Shown piece after piece: positions 50,353-60,045 of a DNA stretch of 64,000 nt. A model generated the notes under the pieces. It was not told the DNA's origin and made no database searches. It was given only the letters and a program-made list of their open reading frames with translations. The position numbers were made by a program, and so were the translations under genes. Source of the stretch: Candidatus Izemoplasmatales bacterium (GTDB taxonomy: Bacteria; Bacillota_I; Bacilli_A; Izemoplasmatales; Hujiaoplasmataceae); contig JBMNEZ010000001.1 of the NCBI GenBank assembly GCA_050949045.1, positions 896,001 through 960,000 on the forward strand, in the 5' to 3' direction. Position 1 is the first letter of the stretch. Every line of letters begins with the position of its first letter.

Positions 50353-50967
50353 ATGCGCTCTGTCAAATCATTGGCAACAGCTGAGATCGTCGTCAAAGGC
50401 TCGCGTTTTATCGCCCTTGTCGACCGTCTCGAGACAGTCGAATCGTTCCCAGATTTCCTTGATAAGAGTAAGAATGCCTATCCGGAGGCAACCCATTACT
50501 GTTATGCATACATTATCGGCGACAACCAACAATACCAGAAAGCCTATGATGACGGCGAACCAGTAAAAACAGCGGGTTGGCCCTTGCTAGAAACAATTAA
50601 AAAAGCAAAACTGACCGACGTGGCAGTGATCGTGGTTCGCTATTTTGGCGGAGTCAAACTGGGTGCCGGAGGCTTGATCAGAGCCTATGGCCAAGCCGCA
50701 AGACAAGCGCTTGCGAAGGCTGAGTTTATCCAAAAAAAGCGCTTTGACCGTTATCAGATAGCCTTCGCCTATGATCATCTCAACGGTATCGATCACTGTC
50801 TAAATGAATCCTCATCCATCCTCAAAAAAGATTTCGCTGATAACGTCAAGTATCTTGTCGAGTTCGACCACGATCAAAGCGAAGTGTTAATCAGTCGTCT
50901 CAATGATCTCACAAAAGGTGCTTTGACACTCGAATTCGTTGGCTCAGAGTATTCCTACCGTTCCTGA
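50353..50967 (+). CDS. YigZ/IMPACT family protein
   Basis: KGSRFIA, ATHYCYAY, DDGEP..TAG, RYFGGVKLGAGGLIRAY. Confidence 0.93.
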   Translation: MRSVKSLATAEIVVKGSRFIALVDRLETVESFPDFLDKSKNAYPEATHYCYAYIIGDNQQYQKAYDDGEPVKTAGWPLLETIKKAKLTDVAVIVVRYFGGVKLGAGGLIRAYGQAARQALAKAEFIQKKRFDRYQIAFAYDHLNGIDHCLNESSSILKKDFADNVKYLVEFDHDQSEVLISRLNDLTKGALTLEFVGSEYSYRS

Positions 50968-50991
50968 TACCGCCCGCTTGGCGGTATTTTT

Positions 50992-51228
50992 TTAAAATAA
51001 TAGTTCATTCACCATTTCAAACAATGAAATGAAGGCATCCACAAACAAATAGCCCATAATAACTGAAACAACCATCAGGATGAAGCGAATCTGATTGGTC
51101 GAGTTCTGTTTGAAAACGCGAGAGAAATCGACCGCCTGCAAGGCAGTGTAAATGAACCAAGTCGCGACGAAAAAAAGGATGATCCGGGAAATCAAAAATA
51201 CGCGGGGATCGATTAACATAAGCATCAC
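50992..51228 (-). CDS. DUF1146 (YwzB-like) small membrane protein
   Basis: Two TM; ALQAVDF..VFK.N...QIR. Confidence 0.7.
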   Translation of the reverse strand: MMLMLIDPRVFLISRIILFFVATWFIYTALQAVDFSRVFKQNSTNQIRFILMVVSVIMGYLFVDAFISLFEMVNELLF

Positions 51229-51761
51229 TCCAGTACCGAATCCGGTATGAACTCATCGGATTCCATGTTTGTCATGATCGATACAACCAGTTCGTTGGGA
51301 AGGCATACCAGCGGCTCAAGGCTTGATGATGTTGGTCGCTGCAACTGACAGATGTTCCGGGGGCTTTCTTGGTAGAGAACTTGAATCTTGCCGTTTTCAA
51401 TCTGCAGTTTGACCCCGACGATCTGATGGTCTCTGGCATAGGTGTCTGTCTCATATAAAGCAGTCATATCGGTCGTCGTGGTCCCGGGAACATAGAAGAT
51501 GCCTTCTTGAGCTCTTTGGACGATCACCTGGTCCTTGTACTGGGTATCGTAGACTTTATATTCAAAACTGTTGAGATCGATTATTAGAATCGTCTCATCA
51601 CGATAGCTGACTTTGGCAAAGACCGCCCCGGTCCTATTCGCGTTCTCCCACAACTTGAAACTAAGAAGCAGAACCAAACCGATGACAAGCAGGATGCCGA
51701 TAAAAATAAAATCTTGTTTTTTAATAGTCCCACTTCCTTTCCTTTTAAGTCTCTTATTCAA
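51225..51761 (-). CDS. NusG domain II-containing membrane protein (DUF1312-like)
   Basis: KK.D TM start, IENGKIQV..QESPRNIC, PLVCLPNELVV; true start uncertain, possibly ATT 51725. Confidence 0.75.
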   Translation of the reverse strand: MNKRLKRKGSGTIKKQDFIFIGILLVIGLVLLLSFKLWENANRTGAVFAKVSYRDETILIIDLNSFEYKVYDTQYKDQVIVQRAQEGIFYVPGTTTTDMTALYETDTYARDHQIVGVKLQIENGKIQVLYQESPRNICQLQRPTSSSLEPLVCLPNELVVSIMTNMESDEFIPDSVLE

Positions 51762-51839
51762 ATAACTGATGATTAGAATTCAAAGAGTATTCGCTGGATT
51801 AATGAAAGACAATTATGTATAATAATCTAGGTGACAAAA

Positions 51840-52979
51840 ATGAAAAAAATCCTTATCATACTGGGAATTTTATTTATTGTCGGCTTCGTCTCTGGCTGTC
51901 GCGACATAAATCCCAATCCCGAATACTGTGTCCTCGGCAAGACCGAAGGTGTCTATGTTTGTCAAAAGACCTGGTCCAGTTATTTTGACGCTCCGATTTC
52001 TTTAAAAATCTATCTTTCCCGCGACAATGATCATAACCTCGACAACATCTTCGATGAGACCGAGGCGATTCTCAAGGAATACCATAACTTAATGGACAAG
52101 TACAATCACTACGATGGAGTTGTGAATGTACACTCGATCAACAATAATGGTATGGAACCGTTGGTTATCGGAGACAAGCTCTTCCAAGCGATCAAGTATG
52201 CGCTCAAGCAAGAAGATGCGGTCATGGTTGATGGAGTTTCCCTCTTCAATATTGCTTTGGGACCGATTCTCTCGATCTGGCACAACGCCCGGGAAAGCAC
52301 TGATTGTGAAGATTCTCTAGCCTATTCATATTGTCCGGTTCCCATGGAAGAGATCGCCAATAATCAGGTGTCGACCGATCCCGAAAACATCGTGCTCAAT
52401 GAGGAGAATCTGACAATCCAGTTTTTGAAACCGGACATGGAAATTGATCTTGGTGGCTGCGGGAAAGGCTATGTCGCTGAAATCGTCACCGATCATCTCG
52501 ATCGTTTAGGCATCACCTATATCTTCAATGCCGGCAACAGCAACCTCAAAGCCGGCGGGGTAAACCCAGACCGTTCAGACGGTCTGTTCTACATCGGCCT
52601 GATCCGCCCGACGATCGAATTCACGCTTCAGAATACCTTTTATGCCCATATCAAGATCCCCAGCGGCATGAGCGTCGTCACCAGCGGCAATTATCAACGC
52701 TTCTTCAAAGGCCTTGACGACAAGATAGTCTACCATCACATTATCGATCCTAGGACCAACTATCCTGGAGGCGAGGCGATGAGTGTGACGGTTTTCTATG
52801 AGGACGGCGCCCTCGCAGATATCTATTCGACGGCCATCTATCTCCTGACCATCGACGAAGGCATTGAATTCGTCAATCAGACGCCCGGTCTCGAAGCTGT
52901 CTGGTACAAGAGCGATGGCACCCTTGTTTATTCGGAAAACTTCGAGGACAAATATTTACATTTGCTTCCAGAAGCATAA
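51840..52979 (+). CDS. apbE: FAD:protein FMN transferase lipoprotein (ApbE)
   Basis: Lipobox VSGC; DLGG.GKGY, TSGNYQRF, YHHIIDPRT, ADIYSTA. Confidence 0.92.
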   Translation: MKKILIILGILFIVGFVSGCRDINPNPEYCVLGKTEGVYVCQKTWSSYFDAPISLKIYLSRDNDHNLDNIFDETEAILKEYHNLMDKYNHYDGVVNVHSINNNGMEPLVIGDKLFQAIKYALKQEDAVMVDGVSLFNIALGPILSIWHNARESTDCEDSLAYSYCPVPMEEIANNQVSTDPENIVLNEENLTIQFLKPDMEIDLGGCGKGYVAEIVTDHLDRLGITYIFNAGNSNLKAGGVNPDRSDGLFYIGLIRPTIEFTLQNTFYAHIKIPSGMSVVTSGNYQRFFKGLDDKIVYHHIIDPRTNYPGGEAMSVTVFYEDGALADIYSTAIYLLTIDEGIEFVNQTPGLEAVWYKSDGTLVYSENFEDKYLHLLPEA

Positions 52980-52980
52980 G

Positions 52981-53496
52981 TCATTCTTCCCTTGCCTTCA
53001 ACTGATTCTGGAAAATAAAAATCATTCTTTTAGCAATGATACCGGTAAAAATTCCGGTGGGAATCGCTATCAACATCATATACGGCAAATAGAAAATAAG
53101 CGTTTCGGTGTTCAGTACTACCATTGCCATCAAGATCTGCCCGACCATATGAAAAAGCGATCCGGCAACACTGACGCTGATCAAAGTCAGTTTGGTCAGT
53201 CTTTTGAAAACAACCATTGCGATGAAAGCCAACACTCCTCCCGATAGACTCATCCAGAAAGTTGGCTGAAACAAGCCGCTATAGACCAGGCCGACAAGCA
53301 TGATCCTGATCAAGACGACGATCGCAGCGTCTTTCTCCGAGTAAACGTATAGGATCACCAAGGTGATGATGTTCGCCAGCCCGAGCTTGACGCCGGGGAT
53401 AATGAATAAGGCGACCGAGATAAGCGACTCAACGATGCTTAGGACGACGCTCGCAGCCACCATGATTGCCAGAAAGACGAGTTTTCTCAGTTTCAT
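52981..53496 (-). CDS. Gx transporter / heptaprenyl diphosphate synthase component I family
   Basis: E......IPGVKLGLANI, S..G...HMVGQ, YLP. Confidence 0.88.
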   Translation of the reverse strand: MKLRKLVFLAIMVAASVVLSIVESLISVALFIIPGVKLGLANIITLVILYVYSEKDAAIVVLIRIMLVGLVYSGLFQPTFWMSLSGGVLAFIAMVVFKRLTKLTLISVSVAGSLFHMVGQILMAMVVLNTETLIFYLPYMMLIAIPTGIFTGIIAKRMIFIFQNQLKAREE

Positions 53497-53650
53497 GTTT
53501 TCACCATCAATATTGTATCACAATCATAACCGAGAACAAATAAAAGATAGCCATTGCCGGCTATCTTTTTGTATGCATAGACGTATAAAACAGCAACACT
53601 GCCCAAAACAGGGCCGTGGTGACAGGAGCGCGATTCCCGACCACTGATAG

Positions 53651-54517
53651 TTATTTCGCCTTGGGCCTGTTCAAAACATAAGCGATGGTAATGGCTTTGG
53701 GGCCACAATGGGCGCCAACCGCGGGTGTGAGGATATATTCCTTGATTTCCTTGAGTTCGGGTCTGAGCGACAAGATCCTTTGGCGAATCGCCTCGGCAGT
53801 TTCCGGATTATTGGCATGGATGATGAATGGTTCATAGTCCTTGCCTTCGGTTTCCGCGAGAAACTTGTCGACCATCCGATCGACAGCCTTGGTGAAAGTC
53901 CTAATCTTCTCGGCGGTGACAACCGCACCGTTTTTGTCGATTTCCAGAAGCGGTTTGATTTTTAACAAGCCCGCAATAAAGTTGGCTGCGTTTGAAAGCC
54001 TGCCGTTCTTGACGAGATAGGATAGGTCGTTGACCGCAAAATACACGTGGTTATTGTCGCGAATGAAAGAAAGTTCCTCAATGATCTCATCCATTGACTT
54101 CCCGGCTTTAGCCATCTCATGTGCCGTAAAGGCCATTTTACATTGAAGGTAGCCCACAGTTTTCGAATCGAAGACGGTGACTTTGATCCCCTCGACCATT
54201 TTGGCGGCGATCAGGGCATTCTCATAGATGCCGCTCATTTTTGAGGAAATCGTCACGAACAAGGCTTCATCGCAGCCTTCGTCACGGAGCTTCTCGTATG
54301 CTTCGAGCATGGTTCCTGTTGAAGCCATGGATGTTCTCGGAAACAATGAGGGATCGCTTTCCAGCATTTCATAAAACTGGTTGGCAGTCAGTTCCTCATA
54401 GTCAATATATTCCTTGCCACCCATTAGAATCATCGAACGGATGACTCTGACATCATATTCATGAGGTATGTAATCGATTGCCGCATTCGTGCAAACCAGT
54501 ACACCTAATTTTTTCAT
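53651..54517 (-). CDS. DegV family fatty-acid binding protein
   Basis: PRTS, ISSKMSG, DSK, L.KNGRLS, LKIKPLL, GAHCGP. Confidence 0.92.
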   Translation of the reverse strand: MKKLGVLVCTNAAIDYIPHEYDVRVIRSMILMGGKEYIDYEELTANQFYEMLESDPSLFPRTSMASTGTMLEAYEKLRDEGCDEALFVTISSKMSGIYENALIAAKMVEGIKVTVFDSKTVGYLQCKMAFTAHEMAKAGKSMDEIIEELSFIRDNNHVYFAVNDLSYLVKNGRLSNAANFIAGLLKIKPLLEIDKNGAVVTAEKIRTFTKAVDRMVDKFLAETEGKDYEPFIIHANNPETAEAIRQRILSLRPELKEIKEYILTPAVGAHCGPKAITIAYVLNRPKAK

Positions 54518-55084
54518 ATCTTAACCTCCGCTCTCCTATGCCTTAATTATAGCCGATGCTTCGAAATTGTCAACCTGTTCACCAATCGTCTTTCGATCGA
54601 TTTTTTTAATAAAAAATCAGTTTTTAGAATGGTTTAATTAAGGGATGATTTACTGTTACTAACTCATTTTTGTAACACTAGCTTTAATCAGGCTGAAAGT
54701 TATCGATAAGAATGCGTTTTTTCGGCTAAAATAAAGTGGCACTTTGATTTAGTCGGAAGTTGTTAAAATTATTATTTACATAAATGACATGTAGAAGACG
54801 TTGCTCTGCTTCTTCAATTTTGTTGCGCTTGCTTCTCCTGATACGATCAGCCTTACGTACTCGAATTTCGCTTCCTTGCTTCAGTATCGATTTGTCCTAT
54901 CTTTCGTTTGTTCTATTTGAATTCACTCTCTTCTTGTTTATATTTAACATCTTATTTAACTAAAAAAAATACTAAATCTGACAGAATTGCAAGATTTTAA
55001 AAAGAACAATAAAAAATGTTAATAAACACTGTTCTTTTTGTGTTTACTAACATCTTATCACTTCACTGCTAGCCTTAGTTTCTT

Positions 55085-55507
55085 TCATTTACATATGGAA
55101 ATATTGTTAACTACAAACAATCTGCAGGCGATGCCCATTCCTTTGATCTTGCGGCTGGAAAAGGTCCCGTCGTAGATCTTGGTAAAACCGCAAGACGGCG
55201 AACCATCCTTCAAGCAGGCGATGGTTACACCTTCGCGCTTGATGATCGCCAGCGCCGCCTCCGCTCCTTGTTTGAAAGCTTCGGTGACATCAAAGCCGTT
55301 CTTATTAAAGACTTTGGCAGTCCCCCTTTGAATTTCTGAAGGCAGCCTGGGTATCGGAAGACCTCCCAAAACTTCCGGGCAAATCGGGATTAGCGGCCTG
55401 CCCTTCAATTTCTCAATTAGATCGATGTCTAGCCTTCCTTTTCCGTCATAAGCAGTCATCATGCCAAGCAAACAGGAACTGACGGCCATCTTTTCCTTAA
55501 TTGGCAT
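55085..55507 (-). CDS. DUF523 family (2-thiouracil desulfurase-like)
   Basis: SSCLLG, CPEVLGGLPIPR, KDGSPSCG. Confidence 0.88.
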   Translation of the reverse strand: MPIKEKMAVSSCLLGMMTAYDGKGRLDIDLIEKLKGRPLIPICPEVLGGLPIPRLPSEIQRGTAKVFNKNGFDVTEAFKQGAEAALAIIKREGVTIACLKDGSPSCGFTKIYDGTFSSRKIKGMGIACRLFVVNNISICK

Positions 55508-55509
55508 AA

Positions 55510-55761
55510 CTATTCGTAAGAATCAAAATCAATGTTGACGCGTTTGCCGATCCGTGAAGCGGCGGCGTAGGCGATCGTTCTGATCGCGTTCGCGATTTTT
55601 CCGCGCTTGCCGATCACACGGCCCAAATCTTCTTTGTTAACCAAAACTTGGAGCGTGATCGCATCTTCGTCCTCGGAAAACTTCTTCACGAGTAGATCTT
55701 CCGGGAACACAACAAGTGGCGAAACCAACTCTTGGATCAGTTTCTCAAAATTAACTGCCAT
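55510..55761 (-). CDS. khpA: KH-domain RNA-binding protein KhpA
   Basis: DLGRVIGKRGKIANAIRT; downstream of rpsP. Confidence 0.92.
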   Translation of the reverse strand: MAVNFEKLIQELVSPLVVFPEDLLVKKFSEDEDAITLQVLVNKEDLGRVIGKRGKIANAIRTIAYAAASRIGKRVNIDFDSYE

Positions 55762-55775
55762 TTGTCAATACCCCG

Positions 55776-56057
55776 TTATTTGTGTTTCTTTGCTTCTATT
55801 TTTGCTTCAGCATACTGCTTGTTGATGCCGACCTTGGTAAACAAATTCTTGACGGTATCGGTAGGCTGGGCTCCGTTGTGGAGCCACTTGAGCGCCTTGT
55901 CGGTATCGATCTGAATCAAGGCCGGTTCCTTGGTCGGATCGTAAAGACCAACGATCTCAAGATACTTGCCGTCTCTTTTTTTGTTCGCTTCGGCTGCCAC
56001 AATACGATAAAACGGCCGTTTTGTCGTGCCAAATCTCTGCAAGCGGATTTTGACCAT
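55776..56057 (-). CDS. rpsP: 30S ribosomal protein S16
   Basis: MVKIRL.RFG...[14 protein letters not shown]. Confidence 0.97.
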   Translation of the reverse strand: MVKIRLQRFGTTKRPFYRIVAAEANKKRDGKYLEIVGLYDPTKEPALIQIDTDKALKWLHNGAQPTDTVKNLFTKVGINKQYAEAKIEAKKHK

Positions 56058-56091
56058 ATGTTTTTCCTCCTCTAGTATTCAAAACAAAAAC

Positions 56092-56120
56092 ATTTTAACA
56101 GACTATCCGACATCTGTCAA
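56092..56120 (-). promoter_or_regulatory. sigma-A promoter for rpsP
   Basis: TTGACA-17 nt-TAAAAT with TG extension. Confidence 0.75.
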
Positions 56121-56140
56121 GGTTTTTTTCTTGACAGCAC

Positions 56141-56371
56141 TTATTCTTTGAACGAGAATGCCTCCATGTCGAGAAGCGACTCGTCGACTCGCTTCACCAA
56201 GCGGTTTTTGACCAGTTGTTTTTTGATTTTTTCATACTTATCATAATCGACAAAACCTGTCAAATACCCCGCTTTCGGATTGATATAGCTGATTGTAATC
56301 CCGAGTGCTTCCGCTTCTTTGGCAATCCTTTTGTTTTGGAAATACACGATAATTCCTTTGCGTTTGACCAT
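56141..56371 (-). CDS. YlbG/DUF2129 family protein
   Basis: R.GIIVY ... Y...K..Y...FVD ... VKRV..S pattern; AGGTGA RBS. Confidence 0.7.
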   Translation of the reverse strand: MVKRKGIIVYFQNKRIAKEAEALGITISYINPKAGYLTGFVDYDKYEKIKKQLVKNRLVKRVDESLLDMEAFSFKE

Positions 56372-56754
56372 TTGTATCACCTTTTATGATAAACTTGTTT
56401 TTGGTTGGCGGCTCCCAAAGCCTGTCTTCGGCGGCTACGGAAAAGAGCCGCGCCCCTTCATTGATTGACAGCGCCGACGCTCTCATCGACTCTGCCGAAA
56501 AAAGATATGTCCATTTTGATTGATTATACCACAACAACAACTCATTTACTTATTTTTTTCTAATCCCAGCCAAAAAGCCTGACGGTCTCATTTAGCTAAC
56601 TGAGATGTCGGACAAAAAAGATCTCAGCGATTGAAAACGATGTTTTCTATTATAGAAAACAATCAGGTTCGAGCAATCAATTCCCAAAAAATATAAATTC
56701 AATCGCTTGGATATAGGGATTGGATTTGCTATAATTTAATGAGAAGGTGATCAA

Positions 56755-57339
56755 ATGCTATTAATGAAAGATATTATCCAAGACGGGCATCCACTTCTAA
56801 GAAAAAGGGCCGCGGACGTCAAAGTGCCTTTGTCCGAAAAAGATCTGAACACGCTGCGAAAGATGATGACGTTCATCAAGAACAGCCAAGATCCTGAACA
56901 AATCGAAAAATACAAATTACGTCCATCCGTAGGACTGGCCGCTCCGCAAATATCCATATCCAAAAAGATGTTTTGCATCCATACCAAGGATGAACAAGGT
57001 GAAAAACTCTACTCTCTGGCGCTTGTAAACCCGAAGATCATTGCCTTTTCCGAGGAAATGACCTATCTCTCCGGGGGCGAAGGCTGTCTCTCCGTCAATG
57101 AGAATATCACCGGTCTGGTGCCTAGGGCCAAAAGAATCAAAGTTCGCGCCCATGTCGTAGATCTCGAAACCGGAATCAGTACACAGGCAATGTTAAAATT
57201 TTCAGGTTTTGTGAGCATCATTGTCCAGCACGAATACGATCATCTTTTGGGGATCTTGTTTATCGATAAAGTCAAGCCCGGCCTGCCAACCCTCAACCCA
57301 ATCGTCTTTAAAGACGAAACGACAGAGCGAACCGTCTAA
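56755..57339 (+). CDS. def: peptide deformylase
   Basis: GLAAPQ, EGCLSV, QHEYDH. Confidence 0.96.
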   Translation: MLLMKDIIQDGHPLLRKRAADVKVPLSEKDLNTLRKMMTFIKNSQDPEQIEKYKLRPSVGLAAPQISISKKMFCIHTKDEQGEKLYSLALVNPKIIAFSEEMTYLSGGEGCLSVNENITGLVPRAKRIKVRAHVVDLETGISTQAMLKFSGFVSIIVQHEYDHLLGILFIDKVKPGLPTLNPIVFKDETTERTV

Positions 57340-58565
57340 GGTTCGCTCTTTTCATTTGAATATAATAGTTGTCTGGCGAATTCTTCGCCAAATTTACGAA
57401 TCTCCATACCTTGTTGCTCGGAAGGATTGAATCTGATCCGAAGTCCTTCCACGATCCGCATCTTGAGTTGGCTGAACCGTTCGCTGATATTCTTGACAGC
57501 CTCGCCGCTCCAGCCATAAGACCCAAAGGCTCCAGCGAGTTTGCCACTGTGGATTTCGGGATTGAGGGATGAGAGAATGTCCCAGATCGGCTTGGGCGCA
57601 TCCCTTAAAATCGTTGTCGAACCAATCAGAAAGGCATCCGCCTTTTCGATTTCGCTTACGATTTCTCCTAACGGAGTAGTGACGGCATCGTACAAGATTA
57701 CATCAAACTTTCCCTGTGAAACTGCTTCGATCCCTTCTTGGATCTTTTCTGCGATTTTTTTCGTATACCCATGGGCGCTCGCATAAGCAATCACCATCTT
57801 CAACCGTCCTGCTTCTTTCTCCTCTGCCCAGCGACGATACAATTCCTTGGCTTCTTCAAGATCTTCTTCATCGAGAACCGGCCCATGGCTTGTCGCAACA
57901 TATCTGAGTTTTAAACCGGAAATAGCATCCAACGCTTTTCTAACGCTTGCCTTGAACGGCGACATGATTGAATCAAAATAGTACTTGAATGACTCATTGA
58001 ATTCCGCTTTGTCTCTGACGTTTTTTAAAAGAACGCCTTCAAAAGCATAGTGAGAACCAAAAAAATCGCAGGTGAAGAGAATATTATCTTCGATTAGATG
58101 TGTGAAAATCGTATCCGGCCAGTGGAGATTGGGCTGAATCATGAACTTCAGGGTCTTGTCTCCGAGCGAAATGGCTAGTTCTTCGGTTGCCCGCACACTC
58201 TTGAAAGGACGATTGACGATTTTCTTGAGATTGGAGAGCCCCGGCCCAGAAGCGATGATTGTGATCTCAGGGTTTAGATCAAGAATCCTCTCTACCGAGC
58301 CCGAATGATCGGGCTCGGTATGGTTGAGAATCAGGTAATCGATTTTAGAAATATCGGTCAATGATTTGATTTTGGCGATGAATTCTTCGCCAAAACTGGC
58401 TTTTGTCGTATCGATCAGCGCTGTTTTTTCACTGCCCTTGATCAGATATGCATTATAGGTAGTCCCGTATTTGGTTTCCATGATGATGTCGAACACGCGC
58501 AAGTCGTAATCATTGACGCCGACCCAAAAGACGTCTTTGACGAGTTCAAAAGTATTGTGTTGCAT
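57336..58565 (-). CDS. fprA: flavodiiron protein (FprA family)
   Basis: GTTYNAY, HTEPDHSG, LHWPD, CDFFG, flavodoxin GSYGWSGE. Confidence 0.92.
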   Translation of the reverse strand: MQHNTFELVKDVFWVGVNDYDLRVFDIIMETKYGTTYNAYLIKGSEKTALIDTTKASFGEEFIAKIKSLTDISKIDYLILNHTEPDHSGSVERILDLNPEITIIASGPGLSNLKKIVNRPFKSVRATEELAISLGDKTLKFMIQPNLHWPDTIFTHLIEDNILFTCDFFGSHYAFEGVLLKNVRDKAEFNESFKYYFDSIMSPFKASVRKALDAISGLKLRYVATSHGPVLDEEDLEEAKELYRRWAEEKEAGRLKMVIAYASAHGYTKKIAEKIQEGIEAVSQGKFDVILYDAVTTPLGEIVSEIEKADAFLIGSTTILRDAPKPIWDILSSLNPEIHSGKLAGAFGSYGWSGEAVKNISERFSQLKMRIVEGLRIRFNPSEQQGMEIRKFGEEFARQLLYSNEKSEP

Positions 58566-58641
58566 CGTTTTCACCTCGATAGTTATTATACCAAATCCAG
58601 GTGACAAACCCAAAGGATATGCCTATTGGCGACTTATATAA

Positions 58642-59661
58642 TCAATGCTTGGCGAACGGCTTTTTCTCAGGCTTCAAGGTTTTGACCCAAGTGGCAATCA
58701 AATCGATCGCGATGATAGTGCCGATAAAGATCGAAAAGCCGAGAGCGCCCCTGGCGATGGCGGCGGTGATTGTCGCGGCGTCCAACGATAAATAGTTTGC
58801 CGCTTCAGCGATGAAGGCCTGATTGATGAGTCTTTTGGTGTTGATGAAAGCAAGGAATATTCCGGTGGATGCGAGTTGATAGAGAGTATGGAATCCGGCG
58901 ACAAACACTGTCCATTCTTTTTTTACGACTTTGACCGCGGTGTTAGAAAAAGCCATCGCAAGGGCAAAGATAAACAGAGGAATATAAGTTTTCAACACTT
59001 CTTCGGTAAACATCGGCAACGAATGATTCCACCCGCTCACTTCATCGTACCAGACGAGATAAGTCTTATTGTGCCACAAGAGATAGATCAAAATAACACT
59101 CATGATGGTGCCGATGATCAGTTCGATAAGAGCTCCGGTTCTCGAGATCTTTTTATCTGAATCTTTGGGAACCGCGCTCAATTTTTCCGGATTGAAAGTT
59201 TCACCAGTGCTTTTACTTGCACAATTGCTGATGGCTGTAAAGATGAGTGTCACAATAGCAAAGCCCGACAGCATGCCATTCAAAACTCGGGATATCACTT
59301 TGGCAAAAGTCTCGGCGATGATACCGATTACGGTCACGGCTTCAGGATTGATAAGCGTGTCGATCAAAGCAAACACGAAGTTGACGACGCCGAGGATCAC
59401 GAGCACAATCTTGAGAACCATCAAATAATCGCTCATCCATTCGGGAGTAATCAGGCTCCTTTTGTCGCCCCGATACTCAGCTGCCAATTTGCGAGGCTCG
59501 CCCAAACCGACAAGGACGGTTTTGACATCTTCGTCAGTGGGATTGTTTGGCAACATGTCGTTGATGTTGGCCTTAAGTTCAGTGGCCACTTCCACTCTTT
59601 GGTCCTCCGGCAGTCTTTTTGTTACGGCATAAACATATCTTTCGAGCATGTCATTCATCAT
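58642..59661 (-). CDS. HAAS-domain membrane protein paired with PadR
   Basis: ERYVYAV.KRLP...R..V..EL...I.DM, LGEP..LA..Y; multiple TM. Confidence 0.75.
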   Translation of the reverse strand: MMNDMLERYVYAVTKRLPEDQRVEVATELKANINDMLPNNPTDEDVKTVLVGLGEPRKLAAEYRGDKRSLITPEWMSDYLMVLKIVLVILGVVNFVFALIDTLINPEAVTVIGIIAETFAKVISRVLNGMLSGFAIVTLIFTAISNCASKSTGETFNPEKLSAVPKDSDKKISRTGALIELIIGTIMSVILIYLLWHNKTYLVWYDEVSGWNHSLPMFTEEVLKTYIPLFIFALAMAFSNTAVKVVKKEWTVFVAGFHTLYQLASTGIFLAFINTKRLINQAFIAEAANYLSLDAATITAAIARGALGFSIFIGTIIAIDLIATWVKTLKPEKKPFAKH

Positions 59662-59998
59662 TATTTTCTCCTTCTAGCAGGGATGAGATTTCCCTGACAA
59701 TTATTTTCCATTCTTTTTTTAATTGTTTGTAGACCGCTTTTCCAGTTTCACTCAAGGTATAGTATTTGCGCGGACGCGTTTCCGAAATATCCCAATTGCT
59801 GTTGAGGAGTCCTTGCGACTCCAAACGCCGAAGCAGCGGATATAGGGTCCCTGACTCAATACTGATACCTTGATCCACAAGCGACTGCAATAGGGAATAT
59901 CCGTATTGCTCGCTTTTGAGTTGATTGAGCACCGCCAGAATTTGAGTGCCTCGCCTGAGTTCAGTTTTCAAATTTTCTACCAATGTCGTATCTTCCAT
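59651..59998 (-). CDS. PadR family transcriptional regulator
   Basis: ELRRG, YGY, GTLYPLLRRLE..GL, RKYY.L...G. Confidence 0.92.
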   Translation of the reverse strand: MEDTTLVENLKTELRRGTQILAVLNQLKSEQYGYSLLQSLVDQGISIESGTLYPLLRRLESQGLLNSNWDISETRPRKYYTLSETGKAVYKQLKKEWKIIVREISSLLEGENNDE

Positions 59999-60015
59999 CT
60001 TACCACCTCGATGAC

Positions 60016-60045
60016 ATTATACTGTATGTCATACATTATTGTCAA
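60016..60045 (-). promoter_or_regulatory. padR promoter with a palindromic operator
   Basis: TTGACA-18 nt-TATAAT; TGTATG-N-CATACA palindrome (60023-60035) in the spacer. Confidence 0.75.

Noticed and set aside
54770..54805. dif-like site (TTATGTAAAT arm on the minus strand)
   Set aside because: Only the XerD-like arm resembles the consensus; the other arm does not, and the region is AT-rich.
54725..54950. Read-through ORF with an internal TAG
   Set aside because: No RBS, no recognisable protein, and no pyrrolysine machinery in view.
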